NCBI RefSeq assembly: GCF_000341395.1
Contig: NC_020304.1
Location: 3,180,001-3,212,000, forward strand
Direction: 5' to 3'
DNA length: 32,000 bases
Origin: Desulfocapsa sulfexigens DSM 10523
GTDB lineage: Bacteria; Desulfobacterota; Desulfobulbia; Desulfobulbales; Desulfocapsaceae
The position numbers and the translations under genes are program-made. The notes below the pieces were generated by a model that ran no database searches, was not told the DNA's origin, and saw only the letters and a list, made by a program, of their open reading frames with translations. Shown here in pieces: positions 17,518-28,294 of the stretch; the first letter of the stretch is position 1, and every line of letters begins with the position of its first letter.

Positions 17518-20500
17518 TGGATATTATACGATATTCTCTTGCTAAACCGGTGTCCATCACCGTGGGGGTGATACTTATACTGCTCTTCGGCCTTATCGGA
17601 TTCAATAAACTTCCGGTTCAACTCACACCCGATGTTGAGACTCCTCAAATAACTGTTAAGACAAACTGGGGAGGAGCTACTCCCTATGAAATTGAAAAAG
17701 AGATAATTGAGCAGCAGGAAGAGGTGTTGAAGGGACTTCAGGGACTGACCAAAATGGAAAGTTCAAGCTATAATGGCTACGGAGAGATTACCCTCTCTTT
17801 TGAACTTGACATTTCCCTTGATGACGCTCTTCTACGGGTTTCTAATAAAATCAATGAGATAAGTAATTATCCAGAGAATGTTAACCGTCCGGTCATTGAA
17901 TCTGCTGGGGCTAATGCCTCACCGGTTGTCTGGATGATGCTGAAACCGGTTGCTGAAAACTCCGAGTCAATAAACCATTACCGCAGTTATTTTGAAGATA
18001 ATGTGCGTCAGCATCTTGAAAGGGTGAGGGGAGTTGGGTCACTTTTTATTTTCGGAGGTACCCTCACCGAACTCCATATCACCTTGGATATGGATCGGAT
18101 GGCAAGCCATAATGTCTCCATTAATCACGTTATCGCTGCAGTTCGAAATGCCAACCAGAATCAATCAGCAGGAGTTTTAGGAATTGGTCGTAAAAACTAT
18201 CGCATCCGTACCCTTGGCCAGTTCCAGTCGCCAGCGGATGTACTGGATGTTGTTGTTTTTGACGATGGCATGCAGCGCGTCTATATCAGAGATATTGCCA
18301 CAGTTGATAAAGACTATGCCAAGGAAAACTTAGCTGTACTCCATAACGGAGAACCAGTTATTGTTGTTGGAGTACGAAAGGAACCCGGTACTAACGTGCT
18401 TGCCATGACCGATAGGTTGGAGCAGGAGGTGGAGAGACTCAATAAGACATTTCTTGCAGAGCAGGGGCTTTATATAGACTGGGTCTACGACCAGCGTCCC
18501 TATATCAATACCGCCATTGATCTGGTGAAGAGGAATGTTGCAATAGGCGGCCTGCTTGCTATCTGTGTCCTCCTGATTTTCTTACGCAGCATTCGCTCCA
18601 CTCTAACCACTGCCATTGCTATTCCCATATCAGCCATTGGCGCCTTTGGCTTTCTCTGGATTACCGGAAGAAACCTCAATGTCGTTTCTCTTGCCGGTAT
18701 TTCTTTTGCCGTTGGTATGCTGGTTGACAGTTCTATTGTCGTTCTCGAGAATATTGATCGCCATCGCAAACTTGGAAAATCTGCTTACAAGGCTGCATGG
18801 GAGGGTACTCAGGAGGTGTGGGGAGCTGTGTTTGCCTCGACCGCAACAACCGTTGCAGTCTTTCTTCCGATTATTTTTATGCAGGAAGAGGCAGGGCAGC
18901 TCTTTCGTGATATTGCTATTGCCATTACCTTCTCAATCCTACTCAGTCTTTTTGTCTCTGTCTCAGTTATCCCTACCATCTCCTATCAGTTATACAAAAA
19001 TAAAAAAGACAAACCACAGAATAGGATGCAGAAGAGTGTGGTCGGTCCATTTTTCGTAAACCTGATCATGCGTTTTTCAGATTTTTGTCTGAAAAACATG
19101 TTCAATCGACTGCTTACAATATTTGCTTTCACCTCCTTTTCAGTGTGCCTTATCTTTTTACTCCTTCCGAGTGCAGAATATCTTCCCCAGGGGAACCGTA
19201 ACCTTATCCTTAACATTCTCATTCCACCACCTGGATATTCTGTAGAAAAGATGCAGGAGCTCGGAACATACATTTATGAGGAAGCGGAACCCTATTTCAA
19301 GGAAGATGGTAAGGATGGCATTCCGCAACTCAAAAATATGTTTTTTGTTGGAGCTGATCGTTTCACACTCTTTGGCGGAATTTCCACCCACGAGACAAAG
19401 GGAGCTGAGATGATGCCTCTTTTCAACCGAATAATGCGTTCCATTCCTGGTGTTTTTGGTGTCAGTCTCCAGGCAGGTATCTTCGAGAGTGGAATTGGCA
19501 AGGGGCGAACGGTGGATGTAAATATTGCCGGAGAAGACATTGATCAGATTGTTGCCGCAGGCAGGGTACTGTTTGGAACTATCAGTGCCAAAATACCCTC
19601 CTCGCAGGTACGGCCAGTTCCATCACTTGAGGTCAGTTATCCAGAAATTCAGGTACTTCCCAACAAAGAAAAGCTGGCAGCAAGCGGTATGACGGAATAT
19701 GACCTTGGAACTTACATTGATATTCTTATGGATGGACGCAAGATTGATGAATTTCGCCCTGAGGGAAGCAAACAAAAGGATCTTATTCTCACCGGTAGAG
19801 AGACGCGCTTTTCGTCACCTGAAAATATCCTTAAGGCAAATATTGTCAACGGTCTTGGCAGTCTTATCCGGGTAGGTGATGTTGCAGAGATGGCCTACAG
19901 TCAGGGCATACCCCAGATCAACCATCTGGAAAGAAAGCGTACTATCACTCTGCAGGTAACTCCCCCACAGGATGTTGCTCTGCAGGATGCCATGAATATT
20001 ATTGAGAATGAAGCTGTCGCATCGTTAAAAGCTGCAGGCCAACTCAAAGGAGTTGATATCACCATTGGTGGTAATGCGGATAAGCTTAGTGCAGCCCGCT
20101 TGGCTCTGCAGTGGAATCTATTGCTGGCCCTGCTGATCACTTATTTACTTATGGCAGCACTTTTTGAAAATTTTCTTTATCCTTTTATTATTATGTTTTC
20201 TATTCCTCTGGCAGCGGCTGGTGGGTTTGTCGGCCTGTGGACGGTGAACACCCTTATTGCCCCTCAGGGATTTGATGTTCTGGCCATGCTTGGTTTTATT
20301 ATCCTTGTTGGAACCGTGGTGAACAATGCGATCCTTATTGTCCATCAGTCACTGAACAACGTCCGTTTTAATAACATGCAGGGTGTCGTTGCTATTTCTG
20401 AAGCTGTTCGCACCAGGATTCGCCCCATCTTTATGAGTGCTACTACTTCTGTTCTCGGTATGCTGCCCCTGGTTCTCTCGACAGGGGCTGGCTCTGAACT

Positions 20501-20630
20501 CTATCGAGGTCTTGGAGCTATTCTTCTTGGAGGACTTGCACTCTCAACACTCCTCACCCTCTTTGTTATTCCGGCCCTGTTATCCTTTGTTATCAAGTTT
20601 GAAGGGAGTCGTCACCATGAAAGTATTTAG
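17517..20630 (+). CDS. RND efflux transporter permease (AcrB/MexB superfamily)
   Basis: 1037 aa; PVSITVGVILILLFGLIGFNKLPVQLTPDVETPQITVKTNWGGATPYEIEKEI; AISFAVGMLVDSSIVVLENIDRHR; FIILVGTVVNNAILIVHQ; RLRPIFMSATTSVLGMLPLV-type region (TRIRPIFMSATTSVLGMLPLVLSTGAGSELYR). Confidence 0.97.
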   Translation: MDIIRYSLAKPVSITVGVILILLFGLIGFNKLPVQLTPDVETPQITVKTNWGGATPYEIEKEIIEQQEEVLKGLQGLTKMESSSYNGYGEITLSFELDISLDDALLRVSNKINEISNYPENVNRPVIESAGANASPVVWMMLKPVAENSESINHYRSYFEDNVRQHLERVRGVGSLFIFGGTLTELHITLDMDRMASHNVSINHVIAAVRNANQNQSAGVLGIGRKNYRIRTLGQFQSPADVLDVVVFDDGMQRVYIRDIATVDKDYAKENLAVLHNGEPVIVVGVRKEPGTNVLAMTDRLEQEVERLNKTFLAEQGLYIDWVYDQRPYINTAIDLVKRNVAIGGLLAICVLLIFLRSIRSTLTTAIAIPISAIGAFGFLWITGRNLNVVSLAGISFAVGMLVDSSIVVLENIDRHRKLGKSAYKAAWEGTQEVWGAVFASTATTVAVFLPIIFMQEEAGQLFRDIAIAITFSILLSLFVSVSVIPTISYQLYKNKKDKPQNRMQKSVVGPFFVNLIMRFSDFCLKNMFNRLLTIFAFTSFSVCLIFLLLPSAEYLPQGNRNLILNILIPPPGYSVEKMQELGTYIYEEAEPYFKEDGKDGIPQLKNMFFVGADRFTLFGGISTHETKGAEMMPLFNRIMRSIPGVFGVSLQAGIFESGIGKGRTVDVNIAGEDIDQIVAAGRVLFGTISAKIPSSQVRPVPSLEVSYPEIQVLPNKEKLAASGMTEYDLGTYIDILMDGRKIDEFRPEGSKQKDLILTGRETRFSSPENILKANIVNGLGSLIRVGDVAEMAYSQGIPQINHLERKRTITLQVTPPQDVALQDAMNIIENEAVASLKAAGQLKGVDITIGGNADKLSAARLALQWNLLLALLITYLLMAALFENFLYPFIIMFSIPLAAAGGFVGLWTVNTLIAPQGFDVLAMLGFIILVGTVVNNAILIVHQSLNNVRFNNMQGVVAISEAVRTRIRPIFMSATTSVLGMLPLVLSTGAGSELYRGLGAILLGGLALSTLLTLFVIPALLSFVIKFEGSRHHESI

Positions 20631-21894
20631 CATTTTCCCACTGTTCCTTCTCTTTCTGACAGTATCCTCTCAGGCAATGGACCTTGTCGAAATGCAGAAG
20701 AGTGCTGTCGAAAATCGTGAAATCATTAAACGTTACCAGGTTACCGTGGAGAAAAGTGATCAGGAGATAGCGCGTGTACAGAGCGCTTATTATCCATCGC
20801 TGGATATAGGATATCGCGCAACCAGTCTCGATAAGCCAGTTACCTACCCATATCGTGAGAACAGCTCTCTCTACGGCGCGCTTAGCATGAATATTTTTTC
20901 AGGATTTCGTGACAGGTATTCTATTCAGTCTGCACGGATTCTGCGAGAGGTAGAAGGCCATAGATTGCACAGTATTGAACAGGATATTCAGCTTAATGTG
21001 GCTCTTCGTTATCTGAATGTTTATGAAAACCGGGCAAGTCTCACTGTGACACAGGATGCACAAAAAACACTTGAACGCATTTACCAGGACGGACAGCGAC
21101 GGTTAGAGGTAGGTCTCATCGGGAAAAATGAACTGTTAAAATTCAAAGTTGATCTGGATAACGCAAACATCACTCTCCAGAAAAGACAGGCAGATCTGGA
21201 TAAGAGTGTTCAGTTGTTGGGGCGGGAGATCAACAAACCTACGCTGCTCCTCGGTGAACTGAGTTTCCACGAATTCTCCCTACTTCCCAGAGTTGAAAAT
21301 CAGGAACTCTGTAGAGAAAAAATGTTCAGCAATCGCTCTGAACTCCTGGCCTTGGAAGGACTGACCCAGTCAGCTTCCCTGCAGGTGAAAGCGGAACGGG
21401 GAAACTATTACCCCAGGATCGATATTGTCGGAAGTTATTCACGCTATGATGATGATTTTATAAATGGGAACGGAGAACTGAACAATGATGAACTTCAGGC
21501 TCAATTGCTGCTCTCTTACAACCTCTTCGACGGATTTTCACGTGAGGCCACAATTTCCAAAGCAAAATTGAATATTCGTGAAATTCAATATGACCATGCA
21601 GAACTAAAAAACAGCCTGGAGACAGATCTCAGCAATCTCTTTATCGATTACCGGGTGAGCATGGCAAATGTGGAGGTGGCCAGAGAAGATATCAGACATG
21701 CAGAAGAAAATCTTCGAATTACTCAGCTTAAGTACACAGAAGGACTACAGCGGGAATCGGATTTGCTTGACGCTGTAACCAATCTTTCCCGGGCGCGCTA
21801 CAATGAGGTCGCTGTCATTAGAGCGCTGTTTGAAAACACCTTCCGCATTACCCGCATGATTGAGGGCTTTCAGTTCCGAAGCGGAAAATCTTAA
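20617..21894 (+). CDS. TolC family outer membrane efflux protein
   Basis: True start probably ATG at 20617 (MKVFSIFPLFLLFLTVSSQAMD signal peptide), overlapping the RND stop by 14 nt. ALRYLNVYENRASLTVTQDAQKTLERIYQDGQRRLEVGLIGKNELLKFKVDLDNA...YNLFDGFSRE. Confidence 0.92.
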   Translation: MKVFSIFPLFLLFLTVSSQAMDLVEMQKSAVENREIIKRYQVTVEKSDQEIARVQSAYYPSLDIGYRATSLDKPVTYPYRENSSLYGALSMNIFSGFRDRYSIQSARILREVEGHRLHSIEQDIQLNVALRYLNVYENRASLTVTQDAQKTLERIYQDGQRRLEVGLIGKNELLKFKVDLDNANITLQKRQADLDKSVQLLGREINKPTLLLGELSFHEFSLLPRVENQELCREKMFSNRSELLALEGLTQSASLQVKAERGNYYPRIDIVGSYSRYDDDFINGNGELNNDELQAQLLLSYNLFDGFSREATISKAKLNIREIQYDHAELKNSLETDLSNLFIDYRVSMANVEVAREDIRHAEENLRITQLKYTEGLQRESDLLDAVTNLSRARYNEVAVIRALFENTFRITRMIEGFQFRSGKS

Positions 21895-22043
21895 AAGCAC
21901 TCAAAAATGAACGTTGTGTGGTCTGCCATCACCATACTTTTTTAGTCGGAAGCATGGTTCAAAGAGTAACATTCCTTGTCTTGTTCGAAGGGAAACTGGG
22001 TTTCATAAACCTGTGTAGACAATCGGTTCCACCTCAAAATCAA

Positions 22044-25016
22044 TCAGGCCAACTGCTCGCGTATGGTTCTGCTTAGGTGATTGATGGGGCAGGGCTTGTT
22101 GAGCACTACTCCATGCACCTGTTTCATATGTTTAGTCAACGGGCCCTTGGAGTCGTAACCGGTGAAGTAGATAACCTTCACATCCCGGTTGAATTGACGC
22201 ATCTTTTTCGCGGCTTCGAGGCCACTCATGTTGGGCATCACAACATCCATAATTACCAGATCAATATGGTCGTGATTGGTGACAAAGAGATCAAGGGCTT
22301 CCTTGCCATCGTTTGCAATTTTCACCAGGTAGCCAAGCTTGGTTAAAATCGCCTTGTTTGTTGACTGAAGCTGTAAATTATCCTCGACCAAAAGAATTGT
22401 TTCACCTTTTCCTGGGAATAGCTCGTAACTTTCCTTGTCCATCTGAACGGCAGGGGCTTCTTCGAGGGGTAAATACACCCTGAAGCAACTTCCCTTGCCA
22501 ACAGTGCTGTCTACCTCCACAACGCCGCCATGGTCTCTGACGGTTCCATAAACCATGGCAAGACCGAGACCCGTCCCCTTATCCACCGCTTTGGTGGTAA
22601 AAAATGGATCGAATAGTTGCTCAAGGTTCTCGGGTGGAATTCCTTCACCATTATCCTGCACTTCCAGTACTGCAAAACGGTCGGAGGAAATTCTTAGATT
22701 TTGGTGTTTGGCAAAAAAATCCTCATTTGATTCAAAAGAAGACAGACTTACAGAAATTTTTGGATTCTTCACATCTGCCACAGCATCCTTGGCATTATTC
22801 ACTAGATTGAACAAAAGTTGTTGTAGCTGTGTTGAGTTGGCATAAACGGAGATTTTATCATTACAAACATGATAATTAAAGTTGATATTTTCTTCCACCC
22901 CGATTCTGATCAGTTTGATTGCTTCCTTGAAAAAAGGCGTCAGGGGTAGGGAGGACTTGAGAACGGTTTCTTGCCTGGAAAAGGCTAGAAGCTGTTTGAT
23001 CATATCTGCAGCACGACAGCCAAGATCACTGATCAACGTGAGAGATTTATTCAATTCTTCAGGATTTTTGCATGAGTGTTGGGCTAGAAAAACCGAGCCG
23101 AGGATTCCTGCCAACATATTATTGAAATCATGAGCAATACCACCGACAAGGGTGCCAAGCGCTTCCATTTTTTGCGCCTGGCGAAAGTTTTTTTCACTCT
23201 TTTGAAGTTCAGAAGTTCGGATTGCAACTAATTCTTCCAATTCTTCTTGTATTCGAGTTAGTTCCGCATTGGCAGCAAGTGCTTCCTTTTGGGCTACCTG
23301 AATCTCTTTTTTTTGTCGCCTGATCTGGACATTCCATAATCCCACTACAATTAATAGGACAAGAAAACCCAATGAAATTTTTATGATTAGTGCATAATCT
23401 TTGATAGGATCATACTCTAAAATTAACCATTTCTCTGAAATGAGTCTTCGCTGCTTGTCGCTTATGGAGTCCAGCCCTTTTTGAAGAATACCAACCAACT
23501 CGGGCCAATCGCTGCGTACTGCAAAGTGAAGGCTCTGTAGCTCCTGAGAAACCGGTGCTGCCACTTTGAGATTACTTAGATTCATCTTCCTGATCCAGTA
23601 GGTCGCAGAGGCAACATTTCCTATAAATGCTTCAACTTCGCCATTGTTAAGAGCCAGTAGTGATTCTCGAAGTGTTGGAAACTGCACCGGCGCAATGGAG
23701 GTATACTCCTTGAGGTAACCTGCATGCGAGGTGTTGGTCTGGACTGCTACTCGCAGGGAGCGAATATCATGAAGACTTGAGATGAAAGGCATATCGTTAC
23801 GAGTAATGATCACCCGGTGAAAATTGATATAGGGCTTAGTAAAGTTGAGAAAAGCTTTACGCTCATCGGTGATGCCGACGCAGGGAAGAATGTCGATGCT
23901 ATCTTTTTTTACGCCTTCAATCGCTTCTGTCCAGCTAAGCCCCTTTACTACCTGCATGTTAAGCCCTAGCCGTTTGTTGAGTATCTGGATAAAATCTGAT
24001 GTCATCCCGCTATAGATACCATTCTCCATGAACTCAAATGGAGCAAATTCAGGATCAATACCGAGGCGAATGACGGGGTGCTGTTGGATAAATAGTTTTT
24101 CTTGCTGAGTAAGCATAATGACAATATTGTCATCTGGAGCAGGCTCAAGCCAGCGTCGCACTATCTGTTGTTTTTGATGATCCGGTATTGACTGGAGGGC
24201 TTTATTGAGAATTGAGGTCAGTTCCGGCCAGTCATCTCTTACCCCGATGGAAAAGGCCTGGACGGGAATGTCGATAAAACCGGAAATATGCAGGGATGGT
24301 AGAGAAAATTCCTTCAGTATGTAGGCGGTGGTACCGGTGTCGGAGATCATGGCCGTCGTTGTTCCATCTACTACTGATTTTAGTCCCTCCATCACGTTTT
24401 TCACAAAATATGGTTGAATAGCCGGATTATTTTCGAGGACCTGTTTTGTTGAAATATAATTTTCAACCAAGGCGACTTTTTTACCTGTAAGGTCAGAAAG
24501 TGTCTGCGTGGGAGGAAGACCTTCTCGAGATATTATCGCAATTTGATAGCGGACATATGGAGCGGTAAAGGTGAGGTATTCTGAACGTTTAGGCGAGGCG
24601 GTGACCAGGGGTAGTAAGTCGATTTTTTTTTCTTTGGCCTGGTTGAGGATCTCGGACCAACTCAGACCCAATGCCATCTCAAACCTGATACCGAGGATTT
24701 TTGAAAGTTCTTTTAGATAATCACTTGAAATGCCACTGTGTTGGTTATATTGATTAATAAACTCATACGGTGGGAATTCAGCATCCACACCAATTCGAAT
24801 TACCGGATGTCGATCCAGCCAGGCGCGCTCATGCTCGGTAAGATTTACTGCCACGGAAAATCCTTGGTTTTCTTGCGTTGTTCCGAGAGAATCAGCAAAA
24901 GCAGTGGCGACAACTATCCACCATAAAATAAAGAAGATCGAAAGAAAGCGTATTGGCCATACAACTTTAGCATGGGGGCTTGTGTTTTTATTTGACAATA
25001 CGGATAGGTGGAGCAT
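22044..25016 (-). CDS. BvgS-like hybrid histidine kinase with two periplasmic SBP_bac_3 (PBPb) domains, HisKA, HATPase, REC
   Basis: Repeated domain starts [17 protein letters not shown] and [17 protein letters not shown]; [20 protein letters not shown]; H-box [14 protein letters not shown]; [13 protein letters not shown]; [12 protein letters not shown]; receiver [11 protein letters not shown]...[13 protein letters not shown]. Confidence 0.95.
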   Translation of the reverse strand: MLHLSVLSNKNTSPHAKVVWPIRFLSIFFILWWIVVATAFADSLGTTQENQGFSVAVNLTEHERAWLDRHPVIRIGVDAEFPPYEFINQYNQHSGISSDYLKELSKILGIRFEMALGLSWSEILNQAKEKKIDLLPLVTASPKRSEYLTFTAPYVRYQIAIISREGLPPTQTLSDLTGKKVALVENYISTKQVLENNPAIQPYFVKNVMEGLKSVVDGTTTAMISDTGTTAYILKEFSLPSLHISGFIDIPVQAFSIGVRDDWPELTSILNKALQSIPDHQKQQIVRRWLEPAPDDNIVIMLTQQEKLFIQQHPVIRLGIDPEFAPFEFMENGIYSGMTSDFIQILNKRLGLNMQVVKGLSWTEAIEGVKKDSIDILPCVGITDERKAFLNFTKPYINFHRVIITRNDMPFISSLHDIRSLRVAVQTNTSHAGYLKEYTSIAPVQFPTLRESLLALNNGEVEAFIGNVASATYWIRKMNLSNLKVAAPVSQELQSLHFAVRSDWPELVGILQKGLDSISDKQRRLISEKWLILEYDPIKDYALIIKISLGFLVLLIVVGLWNVQIRRQKKEIQVAQKEALAANAELTRIQEELEELVAIRTSELQKSEKNFRQAQKMEALGTLVGGIAHDFNNMLAGILGSVFLAQHSCKNPEELNKSLTLISDLGCRAADMIKQLLAFSRQETVLKSSLPLTPFFKEAIKLIRIGVEENINFNYHVCNDKISVYANSTQLQQLLFNLVNNAKDAVADVKNPKISVSLSSFESNEDFFAKHQNLRISSDRFAVLEVQDNGEGIPPENLEQLFDPFFTTKAVDKGTGLGLAMVYGTVRDHGGVVEVDSTVGKGSCFRVYLPLEEAPAVQMDKESYELFPGKGETILLVEDNLQLQSTNKAILTKLGYLVKIANDGKEALDLFVTNHDHIDLVIMDVVMPNMSGLEAAKKMRQFNRDVKVIYFTGYDSKGPLTKHMKQVHGVVLNKPCPINHLSRTIREQLA

Positions 25017-25205
25017 TTTCTTCTCTCCGGCAGGTAGTACATCAGTTGTTTAACGATAAAATATTTCACGCCAACGTACTGACCACAGACGCCATGAGCG
25101 CAAGTGAATCTTGTATGTTCTGTGGATGGGGTAATAGGTAGTAGAACACAGGGGCTTAATGCACACCATCTAATTTTATCTGTAATTAAACAAATAAGAT
25201 ATCTT

Positions 25206-25230
25206 TACAGTAGCTTATCAAAATACTGTA
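25206..25230. repeat. Intergenic inverted repeat TACAGTA-N11-TACTGTA
   Basis: Exact 7-bp arms in the gap between two minus-strand genes, about 190 nt upstream of the hybrid kinase start. Confidence 0.35.
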
Positions 25231-25375
25231 TAGTTTTAAAGGAATTTTTTAAATGCAAAGGATTGTTTCGTGTAGAAAAACAGGCCGATATCGGTAAAAT
25301 TGGTTACTGTTGCATCGCTAGATCAAGAAAGGCGAAAACCCTTCAATCACAATTCATTACAGTCGGAATGATGGT

Positions 25376-26449
25376 TTAAGGTGCTGATGCTTTAAATTCA
25401 TTAATACGATCACAAAAATCCCTGATGTGTTCGTCGCTGGTTGCAAAGGATGTCACCAGCCGTACAAAGACATCTTCGTCCCTGAGAGTATAGTTGTTCG
25501 GCAGAGTTTGGATGGGCCATTGGTAAAATTCGGCACCTTCTGCCTGCAGTCTTTCAGCCAATTGTCTGGGCATGGTAATAAAAATTTCGTTTGCCTGGCA
25601 TGGCCAGACAGGAACTATTTCCTGAAAAACTTTTAGTGCCCTGGCTAATTGCTGTGCCTTGGCGTTGGCATGTGTGGCCAGCTCCAGCCAATGGTTGTTC
25701 TTCAACCAGCCAACAAATTGGGCACCAAACAAACGGCCTTTTGAAAGAAGGTGTCCCGATCGTTTTCTACGATGGATAAAATTCTCTGCAAGGTCCTGCC
25801 TGAAGAAAACAACTGCTTCAGCAGCAAGGGCTCCGCATTTTGTTGCACCAAGGCTAAGGACATCAACGCCGGCTTTCCAGCTTATATCCGCAAATGTACA
25901 TCCAAGAGAGGCCACAGCATTGGCAAAGCGTGCCCCATCCATATGGACATGAAGACCGTTTTCATGGGCAAGGGAACAAAGGGATGAGATTTCCACCTCA
26001 GTGTACACTTGCCCTGCCTCATTTGTTTGAGTGATACTTAGGGCTTTGGCAGAGGGTGTGTGTGGGATCTCAGGGGAAACATTTCGAAAGAATTTTTTCA
26101 AATGTCTGATTTCCAGTTTTCCGGCATGTTGTGTCAAAGGAATAAGACGGCTACCTCCTGAGAAAAATTCAGGGGCCGTGGATTCATCAAGTAGAATATG
26201 AGAATGGTGGTGGCAAAGGATGGTTTCCCAAGGTTGTACCATACAAGAGAGGGCAAGAGCGTTCGCTGCTGTCCCGGTTGCCACAAAAAAAACATCAAGT
26301 TTACAGCCAAATACATCCATTAAAGCATCTTCTGCTTTTTCGCACCAATTGTCATTTCCGTAGCCGTGGGTAAATCCATGGTTTGCCTCTAACAATGCGT
26401 CAAGTACAGGCTGAGATGCCCCGGCTTGATTGTCACTTCCAAATTGCAT
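25376..26449 (-). CDS. Threonine aldolase / beta-eliminating lyase family PLP enzyme
   Basis: MQFGSDNQAG; FFVATGTAANALAL; HVHMDGARFANA; PLP-lysine motif DVLSLGATKCGALAAEAVVFF; AGGAG RBS. Confidence 0.88.
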   Translation of the reverse strand: MQFGSDNQAGASQPVLDALLEANHGFTHGYGNDNWCEKAEDALMDVFGCKLDVFFVATGTAANALALSCMVQPWETILCHHHSHILLDESTAPEFFSGGSRLIPLTQHAGKLEIRHLKKFFRNVSPEIPHTPSAKALSITQTNEAGQVYTEVEISSLCSLAHENGLHVHMDGARFANAVASLGCTFADISWKAGVDVLSLGATKCGALAAEAVVFFRQDLAENFIHRRKRSGHLLSKGRLFGAQFVGWLKNNHWLELATHANAKAQQLARALKVFQEIVPVWPCQANEIFITMPRQLAERLQAEGAEFYQWPIQTLPNNYTLRDEDVFVRLVTSFATSDEHIRDFCDRINEFKASAP

Positions 26450-26692
26450 CTTATCTCCTGATTCTAATACTTGTTATATGGCAGATATGGGTTTTCTCTT
26501 CCGGGAAGGGAAGGTGTTCTTATTATGATGTGAGAATAAAAGATGCTGTTTACCGGGTCAATATATAAGATGAGGGTTAAAAAAATGAAAAAGGGAGAAA
26601 GTTTCTTTTTTTTCTTCCATTCCATAAGAAATTGTTGCTACTCTCAAAGGTGTGGTTAAAGCAATTTACTTATCCAGCAAGGAGTATTAAAA

Positions 26693-27220
26693 ATGGGTGT
26701 CCCTAATGTCTCAATCCGGAAAATTCTCTATACTACTAATCTTTCAGAAACAGGGCGTCATGCATTTGCCTATGCTGCCAGTCTCAGTAAGTTGTATGGT
26801 TCGAAACTGACAGTTCTGCATGTAGTTGACGAACAGCCGGAACTTGACCATCGCCTTGTTGGATACATGCCTAAAGATCTCTGGGAGGAGATCAAAGATC
26901 GTGACCAAAACGAGGCAAAAGAAATTCTCCTGGGAAGAAAACGAGACAATTCTGTTATTGTAGGCGAATGTGTCGATCGCTATTGCTCTGAACTACAAGA
27001 TGATTCCGGAACAGAGGCAGCTATAAGCTATGATGTTATGGTAAAGCTCGGTGACCCTGTGAAGGAAATAGTAAAGGTGGCGGTGGAACAGAACTATGAT
27101 TTGATTGTGGTTGGCCGTCACAGGCACAGTAAATTTCATGACATCGTTCATCGTGGAACAATCAGGAGTTTACTCGATGCCACCAGACTTCCGGTTTTTG
27201 TTGTTCAGATTCCTGAGTAA
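26693..27220 (+). CDS. Universal stress protein (UspA family)
   Basis: IRKILYTTNLSETGRHAFAYAASLSKLYGSKLTVLHVVDEQ; C-term DLIVVGRHRHSKFHDIVHRGTIRSLLDATRLPVFVVQ. Confidence 0.93.
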   Translation: MGVPNVSIRKILYTTNLSETGRHAFAYAASLSKLYGSKLTVLHVVDEQPELDHRLVGYMPKDLWEEIKDRDQNEAKEILLGRKRDNSVIVGECVDRYCSELQDDSGTEAAISYDVMVKLGDPVKEIVKVAVEQNYDLIVVGRHRHSKFHDIVHRGTIRSLLDATRLPVFVVQIPE

Positions 27221-27266
27221 CCTTGTGGCCAGGTTAGCCGGATAAATGTGCAACAGGATGCGGATG

Positions 27267-28238
27267 TTAATGTTTGAGGAGTGGATACTTTTTATTTAAT
27301 TTCCAGAACCAGATGGCAAGCTGCTGCTGGAAGAGAAATGCCAGAGCTATCATCATGGCTGTTTTCGGGGGAAAGGCTGCAAGTGCTATCCCAATGCATA
27401 TGGGAAGATTTCGTAATTCCACATTTAAGAGCAGACTTATCGCATCTTTGTAGGAAAAAAAGTTGCGACCAATAATTACACAAATCGTCAGGATGGTACA
27501 GTACCACAACAGCAGGCAGGAGAGGGCTTGAAAGATCGTTTCCGGATAGCCAAAAAACATTTCAGCCTTCATACTTATGCTTGTAAACAGGAGATAGATT
27601 AATCCCCAAACGCTGAATGCTGGTAATAGTGGTTTTATTTTTTCTTTAAACTCTTCCTGACTGATTTTTTTCAAGAGCATTCTATACGTATAAACACCTG
27701 CAAACAAAGGAATAAAAACGACCAGTCCAATGGTTCTTCCTATATGGACAATATCAATTTCCACGAGTGTTCCTGCAAGAAAAAACAGATAGAGCGGGGC
27801 AAGAAGTGAACCCAGAATAAGATTCAAGGTGCTCAGTTTCAGTGATGCTCTCACGTTTCCTTCAAAAAGCATGGTAAAGGCCACAGCCATGTTCCCACCT
27901 GGTACAACACTGATAATAAGGAGGCCTGCCTGCAGTTCAGGCCATGACTCCAGAAACAACTTTCCGATCAGTAAGGCAGCCAGCGGCAGGGCCAGAAAAT
28001 TCAATACAAGATTAACACTCATTAAGCGCAGGTCTGTGAGTTCAAGCAGCTCTTGTGGCTGAAAACCTATCATTGCCGGAAAAATTGTCAACATCGCGAC
28101 TGGCAGGATGAGGATTTTCAAAGGAGAGGTGTCGACAAAGAGGCCACAGAGCAGAGCTACGCATATCACGCAGGGAATAACAGCCACTAGATTTCTGGAT
28201 GGGAATGTGAAGACGGCTCGAAGACTCATTTGTTTCAA
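27267..28238 (-). CDS. Bile acid:sodium symporter (BASS) superfamily-type membrane transporter
   Basis: 323 aa, about 9-10 TM spans; SVVPGGNMAVAFTMLFEGNVRASLKLSTLNLILGSLLAPL and NVELRNLPICIGIALAAFP resemble BASS/ArsB-like transporters. Confidence 0.75.
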   Translation of the reverse strand: MKQMSLRAVFTFPSRNLVAVIPCVICVALLCGLFVDTSPLKILILPVAMLTIFPAMIGFQPQELLELTDLRLMSVNLVLNFLALPLAALLIGKLFLESWPELQAGLLIISVVPGGNMAVAFTMLFEGNVRASLKLSTLNLILGSLLAPLYLFFLAGTLVEIDIVHIGRTIGLVVFIPLFAGVYTYRMLLKKISQEEFKEKIKPLLPAFSVWGLIYLLFTSISMKAEMFFGYPETIFQALSCLLLWYCTILTICVIIGRNFFSYKDAISLLLNVELRNLPICIGIALAAFPPKTAMMIALAFLFQQQLAIWFWKLNKKYPLLKH

Positions 28239-28294
28239 GGGAAAGATGGGCTTTTTTTTGCAAAGACATGAAATGCCATTCTATAAGCTTATTA

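Noticed and set aside
16510-20345. Multiple minus-strand ORFs inside the MFP and RND genes
   Set aside because: Shadow ORFs within long, motif-rich coding genes.
25206-25230. Possible LexA box
   Set aside because: Bacterial LexA boxes of the E. coli type read CTGT-N8-ACAG; here the order is ACAG...CTGT with a different spacing.
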